Position numbers and translations under genes: made by a program. A stretch of 63,950 nt of DNA, the filler included, from Octopus bimaculoides (taxonomy: Eukaryota), in the NCBI RefSeq assembly GCF_001194135.2. It is 9 parts of 9 records of this genome, joined end to end, with 100 filler letters (N's around TTAATTAATTAA, not from the genome) between each part and the next. Parts side by side here need not be neighbours in the genome. Positions count along the whole stretch, not along the records: positions 49,030 to 58,079 come from NC_068983.1; positions 58,180 to 60,397 come from NC_068982.1; positions 60,498 to 62,291 come from NW_026351061.1; positions 62,392 to 63,950 come from NW_026309070.1; 5 more parts are not named here. The stretch is one strand, 5' to 3'. Positions 52,626-63,950 of the stretch are shown here, piece by piece. The notes beneath the pieces were generated by a model. That model did not search any database. It was not told where the DNA came from and was given only the letters and a program-made list of their open reading frames with translations. The stretch's first letter is position 1; the number at the start of each line of letters is the position of its first letter.

Positions 52626-53714
52626 TGTAACGGTTTACTGAAACTGATAGCCTAATACTTTTCCGTAACGATAAACATCGGCTTGTTACAGCGGAATCCG
52701 CAGTCTCCATGTTTTGCCGTGAAAGTTGATATAGCTCTTCAACGAGGGAGTTATATTTTGTCACTCTGTGTATTAAATATGCAGTTTGCTAATTTCGAAA
52801 TATGCGTAAGCAACGAAAGAAAAAAACTGCAGGAAGATTGATGTTGTTGTTGTTGTTGCTGTAGGGGAACGAAAAATATAGGAGTACTCTGAGAAATAAA
52901 TAACTATATAAAATGGATAGGTATAGACGATGAAAGAAAAAGAAAAGAGAGATATAATTAATAAAACTACGCTGTAGGAAACAGCAAAACGCGTTACAGT
53001 TTCGGGTTTCCCAGACAAGCTGAGAAAAGTAAAACGTAAAAAAAGACCAAAGCGTGGCTGTGTGGTAAGAAGCTTGCTTCCCAACCACGTTTCCAGGTTA
53101 GGTACCAGTTCGCTTTGACTATAGTCTCGGGATGAGCAAAACCGTGTGAGAAGATTTGGTACACGGAAACTGAAAGAAGCCAGTTGTACAAATATATGTG
53201 TGTCTGTGTGCATGTATGTGTTTGTTTGCCCGTGTGTCTGTGTGTCTACGTGTCTTTGAAGTCAATATTTTTGTATTTTAACACTAAGGGAAGTAACTTT
53301 GAGTGAGTCGTTGTAAGAGGATTCAGGTTTTACTGCTACCATGGCAACCAACATTATTTCTTCTTCAAGTATAAGTTTGAAAGCAGATTCAACGGAGAGG
53401 AATTCCAACTACATAAAATCTCAAAGAGGTTTTAATGCACAAGTCTCTAATATCCAAGTGGCGAAAAAAAAAGAGAGGTCAGCAGAAGGGCACCCAGGAG
53501 TCATGACCTGGATGTCGCCCCCTCCTCACTAGAGTGTAAGACATTAAGAGCCAAAATACTTGCCAAAATACCGTCTGCTGTTCAGCTCTTTCGAGAGTTT
53601 CTTACCACAAAAGTTGCAAAACAGTTCTATGTCAGACATAAGTTTGTATTTATTTAATTTAAATCAGTATTGTTTAGTATTTTTAAATCTCACAACGAGA
53701 AATATTCAACGAGA

Positions 53715-53937
53715 GTAAAGATTTTTTGCCAACATAACATGGCAGTCCTGGTTTAGGACGAATGTTGCTGTAATTTAGCCCCAGAAGATATCATCTCCAG
53801 TTGGCTATACGACTCGAAAATATAAGTACACAGATCGTGTTGTATAGCCAGCTGGAGACGATGTCTCCTGGGGTTAAATTACAGAAATATTCGTCCTAAA
53901 CCAGGACTGCCATGTTACACTGGAAAACAATCTTTAC
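53715..53937. repeat. ~220-bp foldback with ~95-bp arms
   Basis: TAACATGGCAGTCCTGGTTTAGGACGAAT...TGTAATTTAGCCCCAG...CATCTCCAGTTGGCTATAC pairs with GTATAGCCAGCTGGAGACG...CTGGGGTTAAATTACA...ATTCGTCCTAAACCAGGACTGCCATGTTA. Confidence 0.9.
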
Positions 53938-54229
53938 ATCAATATTGTTATTACAAGTTTATCTTGCGTGCCTAATCTTAAATGTATGTTATCTTGAACT
54001 GTAGACTCTGAAGTCAAACTGCAGGGGATAGCTAAATACTTCGACTGCAGCTCCTTCAGAGTAAGCGACGTGAAGCTGAAGTGTCACATCAGTGAGCGGG
54101 GATGGGTGATGCGCTGTAAAAACAGCCACGAGAAGGCAGTGAATGCTGTGCATGTTCTCCTAATAACCCTTGAAATATACTGGTGTCTGGTAACTGGAGC
54201 TTTAGATTGTCAGTATTTCCAGTAGCAAG

Positions 54230-54600
54230 CTCTTTGCAAATTTCCTCCCAACCAGATGGTTCTAGGTTCAGTTACACTGCGTGGCACCCTGATCAAGTGT
54301 TTTCTGCTATAGCCTCGGGCCAACAAAGCCTTAGGCGTGAACGCGGTAGACGAAAACTGAAAGAAACCCATCATATATATATGTGTGTGTGTCTGTATAT
54401 GTTTGTGTGTCTGTGTTTGTCCCCTCATCATCGCTTGAAAACCGATGCTGGTGTGTTTACGACCCCGTAACAGCAAAAGGGAATGATAAGATAAGTACTA
54501 AGCTCACAAAGAATAAGTCGTCGGGCCGATTTGTTCGACTAAAGGCAGTGCTCCAGCATGGCCGCAGTCAAATGACTGAAATAAATAAAACAATGAAAGA
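54230..54600 (+). mobile_element. SINE family B, near full length
   Basis: CCAACCAGATGGTTCTAGGTTCAG...GGCACCCTGATCAAGTG...GGCAGTGCTCCAGCATGGCCGCAGTCAAATGACTGAAA. Confidence 0.9.
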
Positions 54601-54790
54601 ATATGTGTGTGTATGTGTGTGTGTGTAAGTATACGTTTATAAAATTGTGCTGCAAGATTCCTCATGTGAAGTCGTGTGTTGAAACAGGTATTGTTGTATT
54701 TTCGAATAGCCATTTTTTTTATTGCCAAATAAACGCGTTTATTATTCTGCACTTGTCTATTCTTCTTCTTATTGTAACTCATATCCATTC

Positions 54791-54833
54791 TCCGGAAATC
54801 TTTCGTCACACATCTGTAACCTCCTCAGCAGCA
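54791..54833 (-). ncRNA. Minimal type I hammerhead-like motif in a repeat related to the 40.7-41.0 kb foldback arms
   Basis: Minus strand: CUG-CUGAGGA-G-GUUACA-GAUG-UGUGAC-GAAAGAUUUC-CGG. The core is intact, stem II has 6 bp, one extra base lies between A9 and stem II, stem I has only 3 bp and stem III is minimal. Confidence 0.5.
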
Positions 54834-56134
54834 TTTTCTGTAAAGTGNNNNNNNNNNNNNNNNNNNNNNNNNNNNNNNNNNNNNNNNNNNNNNNNNNNNN
54901 NNNNNNNNNNNNNNNNNNNNNNNNNNNNNNNNNNNNNNNNNNNNNNNNNNNNNNNNNNNNNNNNNNNNNNNNNNNNNNNNNNNNNNNNNNNNNNNNNNNN
55001 NNNNNNNNNNNNNNNNNNNNNNNNNNNNNNNNNNNNNNNNNNNNNNNNNNNNNNNNNNNNNNNNNNNNNNNNNNNNNNNNNNNNNNNNNNNNNNNNNNNN
55101 NNNNNNNNNNNNNNNNNNNNNNNNNNNNNNNNNNNNNNNNNNNNNNNNNNNNNNNNNNNNNNNNNNNNNNNNNNNNNNNNNNNNNNNNNNNNNNNNNNNN
55201 NNNNNNNNNNNNNNNNNNNNNNNNNNNNNNNNNNNNNNNNNNNNNNNNNNNNNNNNNNNNNNNNNNNNNNNNNNNNNNNNNNNNNNNNNNNNNNNNNNNN
55301 NNNNNNNNNNNNNNNNNNNNNNNNNNNNNNNNNNNNNNNNNNNNNNNNNNNNNNNNNNNNNNNNNNNNNNNNNNNNNNNNNNNNNNNNNNNNNNNNNNNN
55401 NNNNNNNNNNNNNNNNNNNNNNNNNNNNNNNNNNNNNNNNNNNNNNNNNNNNNNNNNNNNNNNNNNNNNNNNNNNNNNNNNNNNNNNNNNNNNNNNNNNN
55501 NNNNNNNNNNNNNNNNNNNNNNNNNNNNNNNNNNNNNNNNNNNNNNNNNNNNNNNNNNNNNNNNNNNNNNNNNNNNNNNNNNNNNNNNNNNNNNNNNNNN
55601 NNNNNNNNNNNNNNNNNNNNNNNNNNNNNNNNNNNNNNNNNNNNNNNNNNNNNNNNNNNNNNNNGATGAGTTCTTGAAACTTGGTTATTTTCCCTAAAAC
55701 TATATATATATATATATATATATATACAGCGAGAGATGGATAACTATACATAATATAAGAAATATATATAAATGCGTGTATACATACACACATACACACG
55801 TATGTGCTTGTAATCAGAGTGAGAGGAAGAACGAGATAGGGATAAATACAAAAGTCTATATATATATGTGTATGTGTATGTGTGTATGTGTGTGTGAGTA
55901 AGTATATTGAGAATAAACGAATAAATGTGTGTGTGTTTGTATGTGTGGATGGATAATACATACATGCATACAAACATGCATAATTACAAAACGTACAAAT
56001 CTACACATACATACATAATATAATATACAAAAAATACCCAGTTGTTGATGTTGAAATTCGAATGAAGGAGCCTTGGATCTAGGCTCGAAACCGGTTATTT
56101 TTCTATTGGCAAGAAATGTTGAAATAAACTGAAT

Positions 56135-57160
56135 AGGCGTAGGAGTGGCTGTGTGGCAAGTAACTTACTTACCAACCACATGGTTCCGGGTTCAGTCCCA
56201 CTGCGCAGCACCTTGGGCAAGTGTCTTCTACTATAGCCTCGCGCCGACCAAAGCGTTGTGAGTGGATTTGGTAGACGGAAACTGAAAAGAAACCCGTCGT
56301 ATATATGTATATATATANNNNNNNNNNNNNNNNNNNNNNNNNNNNNNNNNNNNNNNNNNNNNNNNNNNNNNNNNNNNNNNNNNNNNNNNNNNNNNNNNNN
56401 NNNNNNNNNNNNNNNNNNNNNNNNNNNNNNNNNNNNNNNNNNNNNNNNNNNNNNNNNNNNNNNNNNNNNNNNNNNNNNNNNNNNNNNNNNNNNNNNNNNN
56501 NNNNNNNNNNNNNNNNNNNNNNNNNNNNNNNNNNNNNNNNNNNNNNNNNNNNNNNNNNNNNNNNNNNNNNNNNNNNNNNNNNNNNNNNNNNNNNNNNNNN
56601 NNNNNNNNNNNNNNNNNNNNNNNNNNNNNNNNNNNNNNNNNNNNNNNNNNNNNNNNNNNNNNNNNNNNNNNNNNNNNNNNNNNNNNNNNNNNNNNNNNNN
56701 NNNNNNNNNNNNNNNNNNNNNNNNNNNNNNNNNNNNNNNNNNNNNNNNNNNNNNNNNNNNNNNNNNNNNNNNNNNNNNNNNNNNNNNNNNNNNNNNNNNN
56801 NNNNNNNNNNNNNNNNNNNNNNNNNNNNNNNNNNNNNNNNNNNNNNNNNNNNNNNNNNNNNNNNNNNNNNNNNNNNNNNNNNNNNNNNNNNNNNNNNNNN
56901 NNNNNNNNNNNNNNNNNNNNNNNNNNNNNNNNNNNNNNNNNNNNNNNNNNNNNNNNNNNNNNNNNNNNNNNNNNNNNNNNNNNNNNNNNNNNNNNNNNNN
57001 NNNNNNNNNNNNNNNNNNNNNNNNNNNNNNATAGAATAAGTCAATAAGTACTAGGCTTACAAAGAATAAGTCCTGGGGTCGATTTTCGCAACAAAAGGCG
57101 GTGCTCCAGCATGGCCGCAGTCAAATGCCTGAAACAAGTAAAAGAGTAAAAAGAAGAAAG
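56135..57160 (+). mobile_element. SINE family B spanning a gap (head 56135-56317, tail 57031-57160)
   Basis: The head ends in the internal (TA)n tract at the gap edge; the tail resumes at ATAGAATAAG after the gap. Confidence 0.8.
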
Positions 57161-59323
57161 AGTAAATAAACATATACACAGGAACCACATATCTTTTGTA
57201 ACCACGTTTCACTAAGACATTGAGTTAACTAATCGAAAATAAATAGGAAACCATCAGCCGTAGCAATAACACAGTGTAAAGTGACTCACTTACTTGGACA
57301 ATGAAGAGAACAGCGTTTTCAGACCAAGCAGCCTTCCAGAACATTCTTTTTCAAAGAAATATTAGAAATAAACAGTAATTTAAACAAGCGGAAAATTGCG
57401 TAAAATACAGTACAAAAATTGTTACAGTTGGGAAATTACGCATAGATTTTAATGAATTAAAAAAAATAATAAATTTAAAGTATATAGCAGGAAGAGACAA
57501 ATTAGAAATCAATTTGTTTTGAAAGATGGAAAAAGGAAAAACAATATTCACGCCCACCTAAGTATATAAGATCGAAACGGATAAATACAAGCATAATTAT
57601 AATTATATGTACTTATATATATGTAAATATACATATTCAAGTTCAATTTTCTATAAGCATATACATACATAAGTATATACATGTGTGTGTGTGTGTGTGT
57701 GTGTGTCTGTCTGTCTGTGTGTGTAATATAATATGTGACAATCATTCGTTTGCCATAATAATATTTTGATTGCCTCGATAACTGAATAGATGCCGGTGCA
57801 GGTTTCCGTCCCGATATCCGAAACTCGTAGTTTTATACAACCGAATAATTGTCACATATTATATTATAGATATACATATATACATATATACATATATATA
57901 TATATATGCGAGTAAAATAAATACAAAAAAAGGGGTTTTGTATGATTGTGTATAGAGGAATATATTATTTTGTTTAAAAGAGTTCCAACACTGTCGGTTT
58001 TTTATGTTTTATTTATATTCCTGCAAAACCAATGTGGGATATAGAATATGGAATATACAATATATAATATAAAATAAAANNNNNNNNNNNNNNNNNNNNN
58101 NNNNNNNNNNNNNNNNNNNNNNNTTAATTAATTAANNNNNNNNNNNNNNNNNNNNNNNNNNNNNNNNNNNNNNNNNNNNTATACATAAATATATATACAT
58201 ATATACATACAAACGTACGTACATACATACATATACACACACACATATATATATGGATATCCATGACTGGATTCCCTTCTTCGATCGTAGGTTTGATTGA
58301 TGAGGACTCACCTTGAACTGAATATCAATTAAACCAAGTGATCATGAAAACTTGCTCTTAAAAGAATGTTAAATTAGACATTTGGTTACAGGTAATCTTT
58401 GTTAAAAGCCTACATGGACCTATATACACGATCACCAGTGATCAAACGTGTACTGTACCTGTGATCCCTATGTTGGCGATCTCCTAATTTGTGACCACGC
58501 ATATTAAATTCATCAGTGGGGAGTTAATTGATCATTTAATTACTTCAATTCAGAAACTTTCAAATTATTTAATTAAGCTCTCATCTGAAATATTGTTAGT
58601 GGAGAAGATAAATTATTTATCTCGTGCTGGGTTGATTCCACCAATTTTATAGAGAGTAATTTCCAAATGGCGTACAAATGAAATAAGTCCAAGAGAAATT
58701 CTGGTCAAAGCAAAATAATATAAATAATAGAAATGGAAATTTTATTCAATGAACATTTAAAAAGGAAAATGTCTATTTTAAAACCTATGAGAAAAGATAC
58801 GTTAACTGAATCCCAAGAAACGAGCCAATGAATATAACTTTATGCAATCGTTCAAAATTATAATGCTACATAAAGGACTGCAAATAGGACTACAAAGCAA
58901 ATACTAATTACTCCGAATAAAATATGTGAGTTTTATAATTGGAAACTGTAACTGTTCATGTGTAGAAAATTAGAATTTAGTAGGACACTCTAATTCAAAC
59001 AGAAATGATGCAAAGAAAGGTCATTATATAAACTATGAAATATATAATTAGCCAAAAGAAGAATCTATTTTCGTTCAACGATATGTTGATTGCACCAATC
59101 CGTCACCCTCACTTCGCATGTTACTATCTATAAGTACAACAGGAAGACATTCCGACAAAGAAAAATATTTTAAAATACATAAATGAAAAGTGAGCGACAA
59201 ACGGAAACATATAAAGCAGAAATGTGACCAAAAAAAAAAAAAACTAGCAACAAGTTCCCTTGTAGCACTCGAGCCATATCTATTACCTTTGAGCAAACGC
59301 TTTACTTTTACATTCTAATGCTG

Positions 59324-59356
<33 letters not shown>

Positions 59357-59785
59357 NNNNNNNNNNNNNNNNNNNNNNNNNNNNNNNNNNNNNNNNNNNN
59401 NNNNNNNNNNNNNNNNNNNNNNNNNNNNNNNNNNNNNNNNNNNNNNNNNNNNNNNNNNNNNNNNNNNNNNNNNNNNNNNNNNNNNNNNNNNNNNNNNNNN
59501 NNNNNNNNNNNNNNNNNNNNNNNNNNNNNNNNNNNNNNNNNNNNNNNNNNNNNNNNNNNNNNNNNNNNNNNNNNNNNNNNNNNNNNNNNNNNNNNNNNNN
59601 NNNNNNNNNNNNNNNNNNNNNNNNNNNNNNNNNNNNNNNNNNNNNNNNNNNNNNNNNNNNNNNNNNNNNNNNNNNNNNNNNNNNNNNNNNNNNNNNNNNN
59701 NNNNNNNNNNNNNNNNNNNNNNNNNNNNNNNNNNNNNNNNNNNNNNNNNNNNNNNNNNNNNNNNNNNNNNNGTATGTCTGTATGT

Positions 59786-59824
<39 letters not shown>

Positions 59825-60078
59825 GACTTGTGCGTGTGTGAGTGTAGATAGATAAACAAATAGGTAACGTAGGAACGCAGCGTAAGAAACAACTTTGCAT
59901 CTAACCGGGAAAAACTATTTTTTCGGACAAAACTAGTTTCCGGTGCTAAGTTTTCAAAATTTCTATTTGTATATATACATATATACATACATGCATACAT
60001 ATATATATACACACACACACATAAACATGCACGCATATACACACCCACACATATATACACACACCTATGCATATATAT

Positions 60079-60397
60079 TGTTGGCACTACGTCGCTTACG
60101 ACGTCGAGGGTTTCAGTTGATCCGATCAACGGAACAGCCTGCTCGTGAAATTAACGTACAAGTGGCTGAGCACTCCACAGACACGTGTACCCTTAACGTA
60201 GTTCTCGGGGATATTCAGCGTGACACAGTGTGACAAGCCTGGCCCTTTGAATTACAGACACAACAGAAACAGGAAGGAAGAGTGAGAGAAAGTTGTGCTG
60301 AAAGAGTACAGCAGGATTCGCCACCATCCCCTGCCGGAGCCTTGTGGAGCTTTTAGGTGTTCTCGCTTAATAAACACTCACAACGCCTGGTCTGGGA
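60079..60397 (-). mobile_element. SINE family A (head cut by linker gap)
   Basis: Near-identical to the other family A copies, with most CpGs retained. Confidence 0.93.
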
Positions 60398-60498
60398 NNN
60401 NNNNNNNNNNNNNNNNNNNNNNNNNNNNNNNNNNNNNNNNNTTAATTAATTAANNNNNNNNNNNNNNNNNNNNNNNNNNNNNNNNNNNNNNNNNNNNA

Positions 60499-61317
60499 GG
60501 CGCAGCAATATCAAAGGAAGGGTTGTATGTGGCAGTTGCTCAGGAGCAATAAACACTGAAAATGTGCAGCGAATAACTTCTGCCACATCCCAGGGAGAAA
60601 AAACTAGAAGTAGTTGACAGCTCCCGTTGCCTGGGTGACGAAGTTTGTAGCGGGGCTGGGTGCTCTGAAAATGTAGATGCTAGAATGAGAATAGCCTGGG
60701 CAAAGTTCAAAGAGCTCCTACTTATGCTGGTGAGAAAGGGCCTCTCGCTCAGTGTAAAAGGTAGACTGTATGACGCATGTGTACGAACAGCCATGCTACA
60801 TGGCAGTGAAATATGGGCCGTGGCGGCTGAGGACATGCATAAGCTTGCAAGGAACGAAGCCAGTATGCTCCGCTGGATGTGTAATGTCAGTGTGCATACT
60901 CGACAGTATAAGTACCTTGAGAGAAAAGTTGGATTTAAGAAGCATCAGATGTAGTGTACAAGAGAGACGACTGCGCTGGTATGGTCATGTGGTGCGAATG
61001 GATAAGCATAGCTGTTTGAAAAAGTGCTACACGCTAGCGGTTGATGGAAACTGTGGAAGAGGTAGACCCAGGAAGACCTGGGATGAGGTAGTGAAGCACG
61101 ACCTTCGAACATTAGGCTTCACCGAGGCAAGGACTAGGGACCGAGACCTTTGGAAATATTCTGTGCTTGAGAAGACCCAGCGAACCAAGTGAGACCATAA
61201 CCCGTGGCCTATGCCAGTGGTGTAATCAGCCCACTTATGCGTACCTTTCTTTCATTGGACACTAAACTCTGCTTGCGAAGACCTGTTGAGGCAAGTGAAA
61301 TCGAAATCAAATTTGAT
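60499..61317 (+). mobile_element. RTE-clade LINE: RT C-terminal region (frameshifted) and start of 3' UTR
   Basis: LEVVDSSRCLGDEVCSGAGCSENVDARMRIAWAKFKELL...LSLSVKGRLYDACVRTAMLHGSEIWAV...MLRWMCNVSVHTRQ, frameshift near 60905, then STLREKLDLRSIRCSVQERRLRWYGHVVRM...GRGRPRKTWDEVVKHDL; stop at 61190-61192. RLRWYGHV and GRPRKTW are typical RTE C-terminal motifs. Confidence 0.93.
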
Positions 61318-62727
61318 NNNNNNNNNNNNNNNNNNNNNNNNNNNNNNNNNNNNNNNNNNNNNNNNNNNNNNNNNNNNNNNNNNNNNNNNNNNNNNNNNNN
61401 NNNNNNNNNNNNNNNNNNNNNNNNNNNNNNNNNNNNNNNNNNNNNNNNNNNNNNNNNNNNNNNNNNNNNNNNNNNNNNNNNNNNNNNNNNNNNNNNNNNN
61501 NNNNNNNNNNNNNNNNNNNNNNNNNNNNNNNNNNNNNNNNNNNNNNNNNNNNNNNNNNNNNNNNNNNNNNNNNNNNNNNNNNNNNNNNNNNNNNNNNNNN
61601 NNNNNNNNNNNNNNNNNNNNNNNNNNNNNNNNNNNNNNNNNNNNNNNNNNNNNNNNNNNNNNNNNNNNNNNNNNNNNNNNNNNNNNNNNNNNNNNNNNNN
61701 NNNNNNNNNNNNNNNNNNNNNNNNNNNNNNNNNNNNNNNNNNNNNNNNNNNNNNNNNNNNNNNNNNNNNNNNNNNNNNNNNNNNNNNNNNNNNNNNNNNN
61801 NNNNNNNNNNNNNNNNNNNNNNNNNNNNNNNNNNNNNNNNNNNNNNNNNNNNNNNNNNNNNNNNNNNNNNNNNNNNNNNNNNNNNNNNNNNNNNNNNNNN
61901 NNNNNNNNNNNNNNNNNAGTACCATGTAAAATTTGATTTGATTTGGTTGGACCTTTTGAGAATGCATTGGGAACTGAGATACAAAGGATTTTTTTGTATA
62001 GAGAGATAGATAACACTAGGCCAGAAAGATTTTGTTACAGAAGACCAAAAAGGTGTTCTTAGCTAATTTCTGTATGCTGATTTCAAATCTGTGATTAGAT
62101 TTTTTGTATAGATTTTTGTATAAAATTGAAATCACAAAAATTTTCTAGAAGTTTTCCTACGTCCAGTTTTTAGTTTTAATCGGCTTAATCGGCTTTTGAT
62201 CAATAAAATTTATCCGGAGATGGCAGAAGGTCCAACGGTCATTTCTACGTGATAGACAAATAGAGCAGTTGTTCAAGCTCTTTGCTTGTAANNNNNNNNN
62301 NNNNNNNNNNNNNNNNNNNNNNNNNNNNNNNNNNNTTAATTAATTAANNNNNNNNNNNNNNNNNNNNNNNNNNNNNNNNNNNNNNNNNNNNGGACTATTT
62401 ATGACACACACTGAATTAAATTCATTAGGGTGAGAGATTTTGAACTCACTGGCCGATGAATTTCTTAGTGTCTGCCTCACGTGGTCTTGATGTCGCAAGA
62501 TATATATGTGCGTCTGTATTTGTACTCCTACCATTGCTTGACAACCAAAGTTACTGTGTATACTTCCCGGTAACCTAGCCGTTTGGCAAAACACACCGGT
62601 AGAATAAGTACTAGGCTTACAAAGAATAAATCGTGGGTCGATTTGTTCGACTAAAAGCGGTGCTCCAGCATGGCATCAGTCACATGACCGAATCAAGTAA
62701 AACAATAAAAAAAACTATGCCATTTTA

Positions 62728-62758
62728 ACCCGTAGCAACGTCGGGTATCTCTGCTAGT
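62728..62758 (+). mobile_element. Probable Helitron 3' terminus
   Basis: ACCCG-TAGCAACGT-CGGGT hairpin, then ATCTCTG, CTAG and T: the hairpin plus CTAG|T signature. No 5' end identified. Confidence 0.5.
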
Positions 62759-63358
62759 TATAAATAAAATTATTGAATAATAAATTAATAAAACCATTCA
62801 CCTACTAATATAACAATGTTTTCAAAAAATATAAACTTTTTCATATTAACCTGTGCAGTAGTTATTGTTAAGCCCCAGCGAAGCTCTCATTAAAAAAAAA
62901 TGCAAACAGTGTTTCTGCAGTTCCATCTCCTTTATAAAGAGTTTTAGCATTCAGTGTATCCATTCATTTTAGTGTCTGTAATGTGCCGCTTGGACATTTA
63001 CTAACCAAGCCAAGTAGATCAATAATTATAGGTATAAACAAGTATTTTTTAATATGGATAGATTTCGAAGTAGTAATCCAAGATTTGTGTTTTCCATTGA
63101 CTTTTAAAGAAACCTTCAGATCCGCCCGGCAGCTGACACCGACAGTTGTTCATAAATGTTCTTTTATCTCCCAGGTAACTATATCACACTTGTGATAGGA
63201 ATGTACCTGTAATATGGTGATACTAAATCGACAAAAGAATTATTTCTATAACCGAAAGCTGATAGTCTTATACGTTGTTTCAGCAGCAATATCATGACGC
63301 TTTATGACCGAACACTATTCAATTTTTTTTCTCCGTGTTTTTCTCCTTGTCTCCGTAT

Positions 63359-63395
63359 TCTTTCTGTTGAAGAGCGTAGCTCGAAACGTCAAAGA
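63359..63395 (+). ncRNA. Degenerate minimal hammerhead-like motif (Penelope-like repeat end)
   Basis: UCUUU-CUGUUGA-A-GAG-CGUAG-CUC-GAAAC-GUC-AAAGA: perfect 5-bp stem I, 3-bp stem II and palindromic ACGU stem III; A6 is replaced by U. Confidence 0.4.
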
Positions 63396-63950
63396 CTTTC
63401 CGTATTCCCGAGCGTCATACTAATATATGCTTTTGTTATTTACACCACCTGTCCTCGTCTGTTGTTATTATTTGTATATTCTCCCTCCTATATATATATA
63501 TATATATATTTGGAGTTTACTGCTCCGTTATGGTAAGATCGACAAAAAAAGTACTTCATCCAATGAGAGATTAATATCCTTTAATGCACACTGTATTAAA
63601 ATAAGAGCTGCTGATAACTTTTTGCCATTGAGACAAGATTTTTATAACGTGCCTTGTGTCTTCAAGTAATCCCTAGGCTCTGCGCACGTTTTGAATAAGT
63701 TTCAATATAAATTCAGGATTGCATATACACTTATGTATTACGTGTAGTGTAGTTTAGAAAGCTACTTGATATAGGTTAAAAATACAAAATGCACCGAACG
63801 TCTACATTTTCGGTCATTGGCCTGAGATAATACATTCCTTAATCCGTGTTTATCATTGTCTACGCCGTTCACTAGATACATACACACATATTGACTCGTG
63901 AATATATATTATATAATGTTTATGGCATAAAGGATTAGACACACACATAT

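Noticed and set aside
56055-56100. Family E motif ATGAAGGAGCC..GGCTCGAAACCGGTT as a hammerhead
   Set aside because: It has a stem and GAAAC with a palindrome, but no CUGANGA core in either copy.
58455-58526. Minus-strand CCCCA-CTGATGA-ATTT..AAAT as a hammerhead
   Set aside because: GAAA is absent (AGGAGA instead) and stem I is poor; at best a very old relic.

Overview
AT-rich, microsatellite-dense, heavily gapped animal genomic DNA with no recognisable intact protein-coding gene. The SINE families and simple-repeat load look like octopus or cephalopod DNA to me; this is inference from memory, not a database hit. The window is dominated by mobile-element debris. It holds at least five tRNA-headed SINE families, 3' fragments of RTE LINEs, and two R4/Dong-type restriction-like-endonuclease LINE fragments, each sitting inside a (TAA)n tract. 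It also holds a decayed DD34D mariner, the 5' end of a second Tc1/mariner element, two TTAA/piggyBac-type MITEs, a probable Helitron 3' end and two long foldbacks. Eight 100-bp gaps carry an artificial TTAATTAATTAA linker, so adjacency across them is not guaranteed. The most interesting signal is a set of hammerhead-ribozyme-like motifs in several unrelated repeats. The best is 21997-22127 (minus strand, all core bases intact); others lie at 54791-54833, in both arms of the 40.7-41.0 kb foldback, at 63359-63395 and at 1040-1080. They resemble the minimal type I hammerheads of Penelope-like elements. A second signal is a CpG-decay boundary near 23.6 kb: old repeats to the left have lost their CpGs while related copies to the right keep them. 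This suggests a methylated gene body on the left, where I can build only a low-confidence, phase-compatible minus-strand exon chain. Nearly all ORFs in the supplied track are microsatellite or N-gap artefacts.
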